DNA of 64,000 nucleotides from Candidatus Bathyarchaeota archaeon (lineage in GTDB: Archaea > Thermoproteota > Bathyarchaeia > Bathyarchaeales > Bathycorpusculaceae). The translations under genes and the position numbers were made by a program. Shown one piece after another: positions 1 to 9,499 of the stretch (position 1 is the first letter of the stretch; every line of letters starts with the position of its first letter). The notes under the pieces are model-generated. The model saw only the letters and a program-made list of their open reading frames with translations, was not told the DNA's origin and ran no database searches. The stretch covers positions 448,001 through 512,000 of the forward strand of contig CAWGZR010000005.1 of assembly GCA_963827165.1 (NCBI GenBank), given 5' to 3'.

Positions 1-38
1 GCAAGAACCGAAAAAAGAAATAGAATTGAAAAAAACGT

Positions 39-443
39 TTATTTAAGCGGCACATACATCGAAGAACGTGACGCACCGATTCCTGGAGTTCCATGTCTAA
101 CGGGTTTGTTTGTTATTGCGAATTCGCCTGTATAGTGTCCGATCATTTCAGGTTTTATTTCAACCGCAACGAATTCTTTGCCGTTATGTATCTGGATTTT
201 AACGCCGACCATTTCGGGCAGAATAATAAGGTCTCGAACGTGAGTTTTAAGGTTGACTTCTTTGCCTTGCTTTTGTGCTTCCTTAGCTTCACGCAGCTTT
301 TCTAGCAGTATGCGTTGTTCGGGGGTTAAACCGCGTTGAAGGCTTCTTCGCTGTCTTGAGGGAAGTAGATTGATGAATTCATCCATAGACATCCCTGTCA
401 AATTGGCCAAGCTTTGTCCGCGGTAACTAAATTCTTTCGGCAT
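39..443 (-). CDS. rps19p: 30S ribosomal protein S19 (uS19)
   Basis: [15 protein letters not shown]...HNGKEF...EMIGHY motifs; last gene of the L3 operon. Confidence 0.97.
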   Translation of the reverse strand: MPKEFSYRGQSLANLTGMSMDEFINLLPSRQRRSLQRGLTPEQRILLEKLREAKEAQKQGKEVNLKTHVRDLIILPEMVGVKIQIHNGKEFVAVEIKPEMIGHYTGEFAITNKPVRHGTPGIGASRSSMYVPLK

Positions 444-496
444 TTTTCATCTTCACCTTAAACTCTTTCTAAACGCTATAAACCTTATCCCCGATT

Positions 497-1237
497 CTAG
501 CGGATTGCTCGCTTCTTTTTCTGCCCCGGGCCTCTTGCAGCGATTAAGCCTACTTTCTGTCCTGGTGGAGCGCCATGTGAAGTCGTTGTGCATCTGCGAG
601 AGCTTCGTTTGCTACTTCCATATGGATGGACAGCTGGAACCATTTTACGTCCGCTCGTTCTCGGGTACTTGTGGCCTTTAGCTTTCATTAGATGGAATTT
701 TTCGCCTGCTTTCAGAAAAGGCTTCTCGATTCTTCCCGAGGCGGAAACCACGCCTACGGTTGCTAAGCAATAATCGTCAACGTACCTAGTTCTTCCTGAG
801 GGTAACCTAATCATTGTACCTTGAGGTGTGTGACCGACAACGGTTGCGTATGCGCCTGATGATTTTGCCATTTTGCCGCCGTCGCCTGGCCGGAGTTCTA
901 TTCCACAAACGATTGTTCCTTCAGGTATCTTTCCCAGTGAAACGATGTTGCCTATTTCAGCAGGTGCATTTCCGCCGTAGGTGATTTGTTGCCCTGTGGA
1001 GACGCCTTCAGGGACAATCGTGTAAAATGACAATCCGTTTGCGAACTTTATTAGTGAAAGGGGTGATCCTCTGCCTGGATCATGCATTAGTTCTTGTACT
1101 GTGCCGCTTAGTGAGGCGTCGAATGATTCTTTTGGCGTTATCGCGGGGTATTTTGCTGGAGCAACTCGTTTATGAGTGGAAGCTCGCCAGTTTCGTCCGC
1201 CGCGACCGCGTCTCTGAACACGAATACGTTTTCCCAT
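497..1237 (-). CDS. rpl2p: 50S ribosomal protein L2 (uL2)
   Basis: MGKRIRVQRRGRG start, HDPGRG, ELRPGDGGK, APPGQKVGLIAAR. Confidence 0.97.
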   Translation of the reverse strand: MGKRIRVQRRGRGGRNWRASTHKRVAPAKYPAITPKESFDASLSGTVQELMHDPGRGSPLSLIKFANGLSFYTIVPEGVSTGQQITYGGNAPAEIGNIVSLGKIPEGTIVCGIELRPGDGGKMAKSSGAYATVVGHTPQGTMIRLPSGRTRYVDDYCLATVGVVSASGRIEKPFLKAGEKFHLMKAKGHKYPRTSGRKMVPAVHPYGSSKRSSRRCTTTSHGAPPGQKVGLIAARGPGQKKKRAIR

Positions 1238-1257
1238 AAGTCATGCATCCAATCAGT

Positions 1258-1518
1258 TTATAATATTCCTAGTTTAATTGCGACGTCTGAAGCCTTAAAT
1301 TCAGGTTTTAGTTTCACGAAGGCTTTCTTCACGCCTTGCGGGGTAATAAGCAAGTTTATTTTGTTTACTTTTACCTCGTAGAGTTCTTCAACAGCTTTTC
1401 TTATGTCGTTTTTTCCAGCTTTAATGTTTACGATGAAGATCAGTTTGTTATCTTTCTCAACCATTACGCTTGCGGATTCTGTCATTAACGGGTAAAATAT
1501 AACATCATTGATTTCCAT
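1258..1518 (-). CDS. rpl23p: 50S ribosomal protein L23 (uL23)
   Basis: PLMTESA...VEELYEVKVNKIN...KKAFVKL motif; operon position. Confidence 0.96.
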   Translation of the reverse strand: MEINDVIFYPLMTESASVMVEKDNKLIFIVNIKAGKNDIRKAVEELYEVKVNKINLLITPQGVKKAFVKLKPEFKASDVAIKLGIL

Positions 1519-2312
1519 TATTCGGTTTCTCCATGACTGTAGAGTTTATCTAAACTTTCGATCGCGCCACTGGTCCAAAGAGTCAATCTGCCCGGATGAG
1601 TTCCAGGCGCTAACATTTCAGTGTTAAGATTTTTGACCGTGGTTACTTGTACTCCTGGAACGTTGCAAGCAGCGTTTTCCAATCCTTTATTGTCAACTAC
1701 TACAATTAGCGGTCCAACGGCTTGCTTCATTTTTCGGCCTCTGTGCTTGCCTTTGCCCGCGCGGATTTTTCGGCTGTCTCGAACGCGGGTTATGTCGTTT
1801 AGTACGCCGAGTTTTGTTAGGGCTTGCTCGACTTCTTTTGCCTTTGTTAAGCTTTCAATGGCGTTGTCAACTATTAGAGGTATGTCTACGACGTCTTGAA
1901 TCTTGTGTCCACGCGAAGCTACGGTTTCTTTTTGAGCTGTTGCAGCAATCGCCGAAAACAACGCTAATTTTGCCTCCTTTTTCGGGATGCTTTTTAGTAT
2001 TTTCTTTTCGGCTTTTGGAGGATGAGGTTGTCGTCCTTTGACTGTGCTTGGAGCAAAAGCTGCTCTTCCGCTGCCGCCCTTGATGCGGGGGATTCTTGCT
2101 GTTCCGCTACCTGTTCCTCGTGATTCGGCGCTTGTCCTTTTTCCAGCCATCGGGTCTCTGCCTTGCGGCTGTAACCTGCTTGACTGTATGGCTAGGACTG
2201 CTCGTTTTATGATGTCGGGTCGAAGAGGCGTAGAGAATACGCTTGGAAGCGTGACGTTGCCGGTTGATTCGCCCTGTAAATCGAAGATTTTCGCTGTTTT
2301 TTGCTGTGACAT
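1518..2312 (-). CDS. rpl4p: 50S ribosomal protein L4 (uL4)
   Basis: GRDPMAGKRTSAES, RAGKGK, LAPGTHPGRLTLWT. Confidence 0.97.
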   Translation of the reverse strand: MSQQKTAKIFDLQGESTGNVTLPSVFSTPLRPDIIKRAVLAIQSSRLQPQGRDPMAGKRTSAESRGTGSGTARIPRIKGGSGRAAFAPSTVKGRQPHPPKAEKKILKSIPKKEAKLALFSAIAATAQKETVASRGHKIQDVVDIPLIVDNAIESLTKAKEVEQALTKLGVLNDITRVRDSRKIRAGKGKHRGRKMKQAVGPLIVVVDNKGLENAACNVPGVQVTTVKNLNTEMLAPGTHPGRLTLWTSGAIESLDKLYSHGETE

Positions 2313-2325
2313 AACTTTTTCAACC

Positions 2326-3339
2326 TTACTTTCCTTGTGGTGATTCCAGCGACACGTATGTTACTTGTGGCGGCGCTTCAGGGATTTCCCGTGGTGGACG
2401 TGCTGGAACACGTAAGCGGATTTGGCGTTTTTCTGTTCCTGGGATGCTTCCTTCCATGAGTATGTATGGCCCTTTAACTTCGCCGTAGCGTATGTATCCA
2501 CCTTTGACGGTTACTTCTTTGCCGTCTTTGCCGATTTTGAGTATGCGCTTGTTGAATTCTATACGTTGGTGATAGCCCATTTGTCCCGCTCGTGGAATAG
2601 AGTACATGAGGTGATGTGGGTTCCATGGACCCAAAGTGGCAATTCCACGTTTGGTTTTGCGGCCTTTATGCTGCAGTTTGGTTACTCCCCAACGTTTAAC
2701 TGGTCCTTGGAAGCCTTTTCCAACTGTGACTCCTGCGATGTCGATGTATTGTCCGTCTTTGAAAACTTCTTCAGGCGTCACTGTTTTGCCTAAAATCTGT
2801 TTGGCATATTCAAGCTGCTGTGCTATAGTGCCTCCGCCAATTTGGACTTCACATGCGTCAGGCTTCTTCTTTGAGAGGCTTGTCTGGGTAGGTTGTGTTG
2901 CTGTAATTACTCTTACGATTGTTGTGTTTTCAAGGTTCTGCTGGAGTTTGTCAAGCATTGCTTCTGTGTCAAAGTTTTCTGGCAGAACCATCATGCGGTC
3001 CAGGATTGCTGGTGGATCTTTCATCCATGCCTCGCTGATGTTCTGGAGCCCGTATGGCGTTTTGGTGTAAGTTCGGATGCCGCAGACAATGATCGGCGGC
3101 GTCTCGAGTATGGTTGCTGCCCGCATGACTTCTTTGCCGAAGTTGGGTGAACGTTTACGGTCTTCGATGGTGAAGACATATGTCATGCCTGCTTTGTACG
3201 CTGAGAAACCAAGCAGCCTTGGAGAATCAGATTCTATTTTTGGCCAATATCGGATCCGCGCAACTGGATTCTTAGCGCGTTTCCTAGGTAAATAAGCAAG
3301 TGAACCATGCTTAGGAGCGTGAGTTTTACGATGTCCCAT
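2326..3339 (-). CDS. rpl3p: 50S ribosomal protein L3 (uL3)
   Basis: HGSLAYLPRKRA, YKAGMT, GKGFQGPVKRWG, RAGQMGYHQR. Confidence 0.97.
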   Translation of the reverse strand: MGHRKTHAPKHGSLAYLPRKRAKNPVARIRYWPKIESDSPRLLGFSAYKAGMTYVFTIEDRKRSPNFGKEVMRAATILETPPIIVCGIRTYTKTPYGLQNISEAWMKDPPAILDRMMVLPENFDTEAMLDKLQQNLENTTIVRVITATQPTQTSLSKKKPDACEVQIGGGTIAQQLEYAKQILGKTVTPEEVFKDGQYIDIAGVTVGKGFQGPVKRWGVTKLQHKGRKTKRGIATLGPWNPHHLMYSIPRAGQMGYHQRIEFNKRILKIGKDGKEVTVKGGYIRYGEVKGPYILMEGSIPGTEKRQIRLRVPARPPREIPEAPPQVTYVSLESPQGK

Positions 3340-3772
3340 AGATTATCCGCTTCGCGCCATTAGCAAATATAAGGAGAGGTAATAAACATTACCGTCAAAA
3401 ACTGTAAAGGAAAGCGCACAATCAAGTTTCGTTTTCGGCTTTGTTGTGGCTGACTTTTTTGTTGTTTTGAGTGTAGATTTTTGAGTTGAGACCTTTGGTT
3501 TTTGGAAATTTCGACTTTTCGCAGGGGTTCTTTGTGTTTTTGGTTGCTTTCGTGGAATAAAGCTTGGATTGGTTACAACTGTAGGCTAGAATATGCTATA
3601 ATATGTTATAAGACGCTATAATGAGCTAGAAAAGGATGGAAAATACAATACGGTCAACGCTGGGAAGAAGAAGTGGAAGTTTATGGCGGTTTTGATTTTT
3701 TTTCGCAGAATTTTTTCTTTGTTTTAGATTGGTTTTTTGGTTTGGGGCTTGGATCGGTTGCGACTAGTCTCC

Positions 3773-3803
3773 CAAAACATCGTGAAACATCTCAAAACAT
3801 CGC
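3773..3803 (+). repeat. Three AAACATC units at 10-bp spacing (variant of the nearby AAACGTC array)
   Basis: AAACATC at 3775, 3785 and 3795. Confidence 0.7.
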
Positions 3804-3910
3804 TGGAAGAAACTGTGAAGTAGGAGCGGATAACAGGTTTTTGGGTCGGAAATTTTTTTGCTTTGTGTTTCAGATTGCTTTTTTGCATCAGGGTTTGAAT
3901 CGTCTTCAGG

Positions 3911-4040
3911 TTGCGTCATGAAACGTCACTAAACGTCATGTAACGTCATAAAAAGTCATGAAACGTCGCCAAACGTCATAAACCGTCACAAAACGTCACT
4001 AAAAGTCAACCAAAGTCAACAGGTGGCCACTACCGTCACT
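3911..4040 (+). repeat. 10-bp-period direct repeat array, consensus AAACGTCAYN; 11 consecutive units plus one in phase
   Basis: ttgcgtcatg/aaacgtcact/aaacgtcatg/taacgtcata/aaaagtcatg/aaacgtcgcc/aaacgtcata/aaccgtcaca/aaacgtcact/aaaagtcaac/caaagtcaac, one degenerate unit, then taccgtcact. Confidence 0.92.
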
Positions 4041-4237
4041 TAAGATAAAAGTCAAAGATCGTGATGGGAGAGCGAACGCGCAGATAGATTTCTTTTTTTG
4101 GGGGGGCTTGAAGGTTTCTGTGGACTGCGACTTTCGTTTGGGAATTGGTTGTTGAATTGCGTTTGGTTTTGGGGCGTCTTTTGTGTTGCTTTGTCATAGC
4201 AAACAGTAGACCCTCCTGCGCTGGTCAGTTTCCGTTA

Positions 4238-4252
4238 GAAAACGTTTTTACA
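4238..4252 (+). promoter_or_regulatory. BRE/TATA promoter of tRNA-Ser
   Basis: GAAAAC-G-TTTTTACA about 25-30 nt upstream of the tRNA 5' end. Confidence 0.55.
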
Positions 4253-4277
4253 GCCCAGACACAAATCCTATACCTGC

Positions 4278-4399
4278 GCCGGGGTGGCGGAGTGGTTAAC
4301 GCGCCAGCCTCGAGATCTAACAAAAGAGGGCTAAGCCAAAAGGCAAGTTAGCTGGTGGGCTTCGTGCTCGCAGGGGTTCGAATCCCTTCCCCGGCGCCA
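4278..4399 (+). tRNA. tRNA-Ser(CGA) with a 35-nt intron at 37/38 (4315-4349) and encoded CCA
   Basis: Acceptor GCCGGGG/CCCCGGC-G-CCA, anticodon stem CCAGC/GCTGG, CT-CGA-G loop, long variable arm GGGC-TTCGT-GCTC, T-loop GGTTCGAATCC. Confidence 0.93.
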
Positions 4400-4627
4400 A
4401 CAACATTCTATTGGATAAATCCCAGCATGAGGTTATTGACTTTCTAGAGATCCTTCCATTTTTTAACTCTCAGGTTCAATTTTGAAAATATTTTTATCCA
4501 AGAAAGGCTCGAAAAAATTTTAGAATCGCCAAAACTCAAAACTCTGGACACAAGGAAAAACGCGGTTTATTTGGCGATGTGTTAAAATATTAGTTAGAAA
4601 AGCTAATTGTTAGAAGATGCAATTAAT

Positions 4628-5089
4628 ATGACTTTGTCTCCTAAAGAAGCCGCGCGCCAGTTACTTGAAGTAATTCCAGTCGTCATGAGAGAGATACGTT
4701 CAGAAATGCGCAGTCGAAGATCACCAGACTTAACAGTTCCTCAGTTTCGCGCCCTTTCGTTCGTAAGCCGAAACGTCGGCACCTCGCTCTTGGAGGTGGC
4801 AAATCACCTCGGTTTAACTCCGCCCTCAACATCCAGGCTGGTGGACGGCTTAATTTATCGAAACATGATGACAAGAGAAGATCACCCAGACGATAGGCGA
4901 CGAGTAAAATTAACTGTAACTCATGTTGGAGAACAGATCCTTGAAGCCTCGCGGCAAGACGCATTAACCTATTTATCCACAAAACTAAGCAATATTACCG
5001 CTAACGACAGGGAAGCTATCGTTAAAGCCATGAACGTTTTGCAGCCCATCTTCACAAGTGACGCAAAAACCAGAATGGGGTTGAAGTAA
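4628..5089 (+). CDS. MarR family transcriptional regulator
   Basis: DLTVPQFRAL...LTPPSTSRLVDGL...DDRRRVKLTVT winged-helix signature; ATG at 4628 preferred over TTG at 4607. Confidence 0.9.
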   Translation: MTLSPKEAARQLLEVIPVVMREIRSEMRSRRSPDLTVPQFRALSFVSRNVGTSLLEVANHLGLTPPSTSRLVDGLIYRNMMTREDHPDDRRRVKLTVTHVGEQILEASRQDALTYLSTKLSNITANDREAIVKAMNVLQPIFTSDAKTRMGLK

Positions 5090-5887
5090 ATGTTCATTTT
5101 AACAACCGAGCATCTTACTCGCTGCTTCGGAGATTTAACTGCAGTTGACGACCTGACGATATCAGTAGAAGAAGGCGAAATATTCGGTCTCCTCGGCCCG
5201 AACGGAGCAGGCAAATCGACAGCGATTAAGATGATCACCACTCTTCTGCCTCCGACCTCTGGATGCGTAAGTGTCGGCGGTTTTGACTTGGCGCATGGCG
5301 CAAACCAATTCAGAAGATTGATTGGCTACGTGCCACAAATCCTCTCAGCTGATGGAACACTAACAGCCCGTGAAAACCTTACCGTCTTCGCCAGCCTATA
5401 TGATATTCCAAGAAATGAACGTTCCAAAAGAATTGATGAGTCGTTGGCGTTAATGGAACTGACGGAAGCCTCGGATAAACTTGTGAAAAATTATTCTGGT
5501 GGCATGATTAGACGTTTAGAGATAGCACAGTCAATGCTTCATCGACCTAAAGTTCTGTTTTTAGATGAACCAACCATAGGCCTTGATCCTGTTGGGCGCA
5601 AAGCAGTTTGGGACCACATCCAAAAACTGCGGGACAATTTTGGTACAACCATTTTTCTTACAACACATTACATGGAAGAGGCAGACAAATTGTGTTCCAG
5701 AGTGGCGATTATGCATTTAGGGAAATTAGCTGTTGTCGGTGTCCCAACTGATTTGAAGATGTCGCTACATTTGGAGAATGCGACACTTGAAGATGTGTTT
5801 ACTCATTACACTGGAGGAGCACTTGACAGGGGAGACAGTTACCGAGAAGCAAGAATTACAAGACGAACAGCGAAGAGGCTCGGCTAA
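5090..5887 (+). CDS. ABC-2 (DrrA-like) exporter ATP-binding subunit
   Basis: GPNGAGKST Walker A, YSGGM signature, LFLDEPT Walker B. Confidence 0.93.
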   Translation: MFILTTEHLTRCFGDLTAVDDLTISVEEGEIFGLLGPNGAGKSTAIKMITTLLPPTSGCVSVGGFDLAHGANQFRRLIGYVPQILSADGTLTARENLTVFASLYDIPRNERSKRIDESLALMELTEASDKLVKNYSGGMIRRLEIAQSMLHRPKVLFLDEPTIGLDPVGRKAVWDHIQKLRDNFGTTIFLTTHYMEEADKLCSRVAIMHLGKLAVVGVPTDLKMSLHLENATLEDVFTHYTGGALDRGDSYREARITRRTAKRLG

Positions 5888-5888
5888 A

Positions 5889-6695
5889 ATGAGTACAGAT
5901 AAATTGAAGACCGTTTGCAACTCGGTCAGTTGTTTCTTTAGTAAAACTTTGAGTATCGCAGCGATGGATGTTCGGAAGCTTCGTCATGACCCCGCTGAGT
6001 TGATTACTCGAGCAGTACAGCCAGCACTTTGGCTTCTGGTCTTCGGAGAAGTTTTTACAAGAGTACATATCATACCGACTGGCAGTCTGTCTTACTTGTC
6101 TTTCATGGCGCCGGGGATTTTGGCTCAAAGCGTACTTTTCATAGCTATATTCTTTGGCATTACTGTTATTTGGGAACGAGATTTAGGCATTGTCCATAAA
6201 TTTTTGGTCAGCCCTACTCCACGTGAAGCATTGGTTCTTGGAAAAGCCTTGTCCGCAGGAGTCCGTGCCCTTTCTCAAGTAGTTATCATTTACTTGTTGG
6301 CTGTGTTAATTGGTGTTGGAATAAATTGGAACCCCATAAATCTAACACTGGTCGCAATCGTTGCAATATTGGCTTCAGCATCGTTCTCCACGTTTTCACT
6401 CATCATAGCTTCGGTCGTAAAGACAAGGGAACGTTTCATGGGCATCGGTCAAATCTTAACCATGCCATTGTTTTTTGCAAGCAATGCCATTTACCCGCTT
6501 TCAATGATGCCGAGTTGGTTACAAGCGGTTGCACAAGTTAACCCACTAACATATACCGTTGACGCTTTGCGAGGGCTAATGATCGTTGGAGGAACCAGTG
6601 TCTACGGTATTGATTTGGATATGCTTGTACTTTCAGTTAGTATGATAGCCTTGATAATTATCGGAGCTAAGCTCTATCCGAAAGTGATCATTTGA
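5889..6695 (+). CDS. ABC-2 (DrrB-like) exporter permease
   Basis: About six TM segments, FMAPGIL, NPLTYTVDALR motifs; ATG directly after the ATPase stop. Confidence 0.9.
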   Translation: MSTDKLKTVCNSVSCFFSKTLSIAAMDVRKLRHDPAELITRAVQPALWLLVFGEVFTRVHIIPTGSLSYLSFMAPGILAQSVLFIAIFFGITVIWERDLGIVHKFLVSPTPREALVLGKALSAGVRALSQVVIIYLLAVLIGVGINWNPINLTLVAIVAILASASFSTFSLIIASVVKTRERFMGIGQILTMPLFFASNAIYPLSMMPSWLQAVAQVNPLTYTVDALRGLMIVGGTSVYGIDLDMLVLSVSMIALIIIGAKLYPKVII

Positions 6696-6763
6696 GGCTT
6701 TATCTTGCCCCGAGCAATCTATAGAAAAAAATTAATGCTTGAAGCATAAACGAGATTACTAGT

Positions 6764-6793
6764 CAGGTGGGTTCGAATCGAATCCTTTTTCCC
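6764..6793 (+). mobile_element. Degenerate copy of the tRNA 3' end (att-like scar)
   Basis: CAGGTGGGTTCGAATC(GAATC)CTTTTTCCC versus tRNA CAGGGGTTCGAATCCCTTCCCC. Confidence 0.5.
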
Positions 6794-6926
6794 AATTAGA
6801 ATTTTATAAGAATCTTGGAGAAAGAATTTCAGTCCAATATTTAGTATTTGGCAAAGCATTCTTGAGTGCTCTGCTCTGGATATCAGACCAAAACGCTTTA
6901 GTTATAATTTAGCCTACTTTGAAAGC

Positions 6927-7328
6927 ATGATTGCTATCAGACGCCCTTTGTATCTAACGCGTTTTAAAAAGGATGTTTCGGGCGCCCGAAAGCACCTTCT
7001 TGAGGCTGATTATGTTCAAGCGTCGGAAGATGTTTGGGGAGCTTTCTCTTCGTTAGTAAATGCTTGATCAATAGTAGAGGTTGCGTCGGTTGCAGTAAAG
7101 AAGGAAAAATTTGCTGAATTGTTTCAACTTTTAATTAAGGAAGATTCCAATTTGAAACAGTCATTGCTTGAGTCACACTTTGATAATCCATTACATTTTG
7201 CTTCAAAAGCAGAAGGCTTACATCTTTACTTTTTGGGGAAAATGGATTACCCAGAAGACTTCATGAAATCTACATTAGAAGACTGTTTAAGAGTGCTCGA
7301 AGAAGTGGAGAAAGTTGTGGTCAAATAA
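6927..7328 (+). pseudogene. PaREP1/HEPN-like protein interrupted by in-frame TGA at 7065-7067
   Basis: ATG 6927 gives DYVQASEDVWGA (PaREP1-type QASEKxWGA motif); same frame continues into the 7119-7328 ORF with GLHLYF. Confidence 0.6.
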
Positions 7329-7942
7329 TTTAAGTAATTGAACGAATTGATCGTTGCTAAATCGCTAAGCCCAAAGTAATTGAACGCAGTCCTGTATTCG
7401 TAATATTCTACCAAAACCGCATTTTGAGACAGATTGAGCTTAATTCTTGAAAACAATGTAAGAATGTTCCGTATTGAATCGAAATCGCCCATTAGCAGCT
7501 TGCCATCTTGATTAACTTGTGATAGAAGTCCATCAAAGGTTAACAACGAATCAAGAAGCATAGAGTAAAGATTGTTGTCTATAAGATTACGTTTTTTCAG
7601 CTCTGCGATAACTTGAGGAGTTTGGGCTTTATCTGTTAGTGGTTCGCCAAGAGCACCCGCAACTCGTTCGAAGCTGTCGAATAGTTGCCTATCAACGGAG
7701 TTTATAGTGCTTACATACTGCCCGCCGCCAAAAGTGCTCATTGTCCTTTGAACATTAATGTTTGGAAAAACTGCGCTTTCTGTGCTTACAAACGATTTAA
7801 GGACAAAAATGTTCTGGGCAAGGCTATGAATGTATTTGGCATTTTCTTTCTGACAAAAATTGCTAAATAAAAGAGGCGAGTATGTTGACATAAACGTTAT
7901 TCGCCTTAAACAGCGCGTTTCCAACTGACTATAGGCGACCAA
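7247..7942 (-). CDS. Hypothetical protein (start uncertain)
   Basis: 231-codon AT-rich ORF coupled to the upstream ORF; no recognisable motif. Confidence 0.5.
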   Translation of the reverse strand: MVAYSQLETRCLRRITFMSTYSPLLFSNFCQKENAKYIHSLAQNIFVLKSFVSTESAVFPNINVQRTMSTFGGGQYVSTINSVDRQLFDSFERVAGALGEPLTDKAQTPQVIAELKKRNLIDNNLYSMLLDSLLTFDGLLSQVNQDGKLLMGDFDSIRNILTLFSRIKLNLSQNAVLVEYYEYRTAFNYFGLSDLATINSFNYLNYLTTTFSTSSSTLKQSSNVDFMKSSG

Positions 7943-8361
7943 TTAACAACATAAGCAGGCTCATTAAGTTCATTTTTGTAATTCAAATTAACAGCAGCCA
8001 TTGAAGGTATCGCTTTTAGGGTAACCACGAAGGAGCCTTTTGTTGTTTCTACTTTAGTGTCTGAGGAGGCCAGAGTAAATTTGACGATATCAACAATTTG
8101 CCATCCATAGGTCGGTTGTTCACCTGTTTGGAGAAGAGGTTTGTCTTTCACCATTTCCGATGCTTTTGCCCCGATTTTTGTTATCGCAATTCCTCCAGCA
8201 TGTTTCACGAGAATATTTACTCCGCCAAATACAGAGAAACCGCCCTCACGTGCATCTATAATACTTACAGCAACTTTCAGAACCGAACCATCCACCAATT
8301 CTACTGAACCGTCAACACTATTGCAACTCATTGTAACCACTTTATTAATAAATGGATTCAA
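7906..8361 (-). CDS. Hypothetical beta-rich protein
   Basis: 151-codon ORF with VELVDGSVLKV and NEPAYVVNW segments; protein-like composition. Confidence 0.6.
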   Translation of the reverse strand: MNPFINKVVTMSCNSVDGSVELVDGSVLKVAVSIIDAREGGFSVFGGVNILVKHAGGIAITKIGAKASEMVKDKPLLQTGEQPTYGWQIVDIVKFTLASSDTKVETTKGSFVVTLKAIPSMAAVNLNYKNELNEPAYVVNWSPIVSWKRAV

Positions 8362-8726
8362 AAACTATTAAAAACTTTGTCTGTAAAACAATGTAAGTAC
8401 TGACAGGATATTTTCGTTCTATCTAATTTTATTGCCTTATTACCTTTTTTCCTTTTTTTTCAACCATTAAGCTTAAGGAATTTGTGCCTTTTTGCGTGAA
8501 TTGACTTGGGATATCGCCGAAGCTTCAAAACCTGATTTTAGCATTGAAGCCCAACGGGTTTGAATTGTTCGCTTCAAGCCGCTTGATAATCTTTCGGGAA
8601 ATGTTTTGGCGGAATGAAAAGGCCAATTTCAACAATTAGCAGTATTGTTCAACAGTCTTAAAATCTCGAACCAGAATCTCAAAACTTATATAATGAGATT
8701 TAATAAACGAGATAGTGGTGAAAAGA

Positions 8727-8933
8727 ATGACCCTCACTTTGGAAGCAAAATTAATTGGAAGCGCCGCAGCCTACGCCGTTGCGGTCTTATTGTTGTTTGA
8801 GCTTGTCATCGCTAACAGTATCCTACCTAGCGTCTACGTCGCAACTGTTATCGCATCCTTCGCTGTCTTGATAGGATTGATCTACACATTTTACAGAACG
8901 AAAAAACGCGAACGCCTCATGTTCCACCTCTAA
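8727..8933 (+). CDS. Small two-TM membrane protein
   Basis: GGTGA SD 5 nt before ATG, TTATATAA TATA upstream, two hydrophobic helices and a basic tail. Confidence 0.65.
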   Translation: MTLTLEAKLIGSAAAYAVAVLLLFELVIANSILPSVYVATVIASFAVLIGLIYTFYRTKKRERLMFHL

Positions 8934-9089
8934 CCAGGATTAAAAAGCTGTAGGTGGCGTCCTTATCGCTTGGATAGTAGCTTTGCTCTTCGCCGACATT
9001 TTCCGGTTAAGACACCTAAAACCCAGACAAACAAAAGAAGTAAGATAGGCCTAAAATCGGGAACTAAATGAAGCTTCCTTTCCCTTTTT

Positions 9090-9401
9090 ATGATGCTATT
9101 ATTGTCTGAGCCAACTTTGATCCCACTCGCGTTTAGAAAAACTCGAATTATGGATAATTTTATATCTAAATCAAATATTATTTTGATTATGAGCGGGCTT
9201 GGCAAGATGGAAAAGATGGCTGAAGGCATCAGTGACTTCGGTGATTTTAAAGCTATTTTGTTTAGGACATCTAATGGTCGCCATTTCGTCAGGTTTGAGC
9301 CTTTGGGTGGTCATGAAAATGCACATGTTGAGTGGCTCAACGGCGATGATCATTTGGAATGGCTCAGATGCTGGGACCACGAGTCAACCGTTGAAAAGTA
9401 G
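9090..9401 (+). CDS. Hypothetical small protein (true start probably downstream, near MEKMAEG)
   Basis: C-terminal 65 aa look globular; TTTATAT box inside the 5' part of the ORF. Confidence 0.4.
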   Translation: MMLLLSEPTLIPLAFRKTRIMDNFISKSNIILIMSGLGKMEKMAEGISDFGDFKAILFRTSNGRHFVRFEPLGGHENAHVEWLNGDDHLEWLRCWDHESTVEK

Positions 9402-9499
9402 GGAAAGTTTCAGTTGCAAAGTCACTTTGCAGATTGACCCCAAAAGAAGAAGAATGGAGTAAATATAGAAAACCGTTTGCCATCTAGAAATTATTAGGG

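Noticed and set aside
3420-3585. Lys/Thr-rich open frame on the minus strand upstream of rpl3
   Set aside because: No start codon after the upstream in-frame stop; explained by T-rich strand bias
3911-4040. CRISPR array interpretation of the repeats
   Set aside because: Units are 10 bp with no spacers, and there are no cas genes in the window
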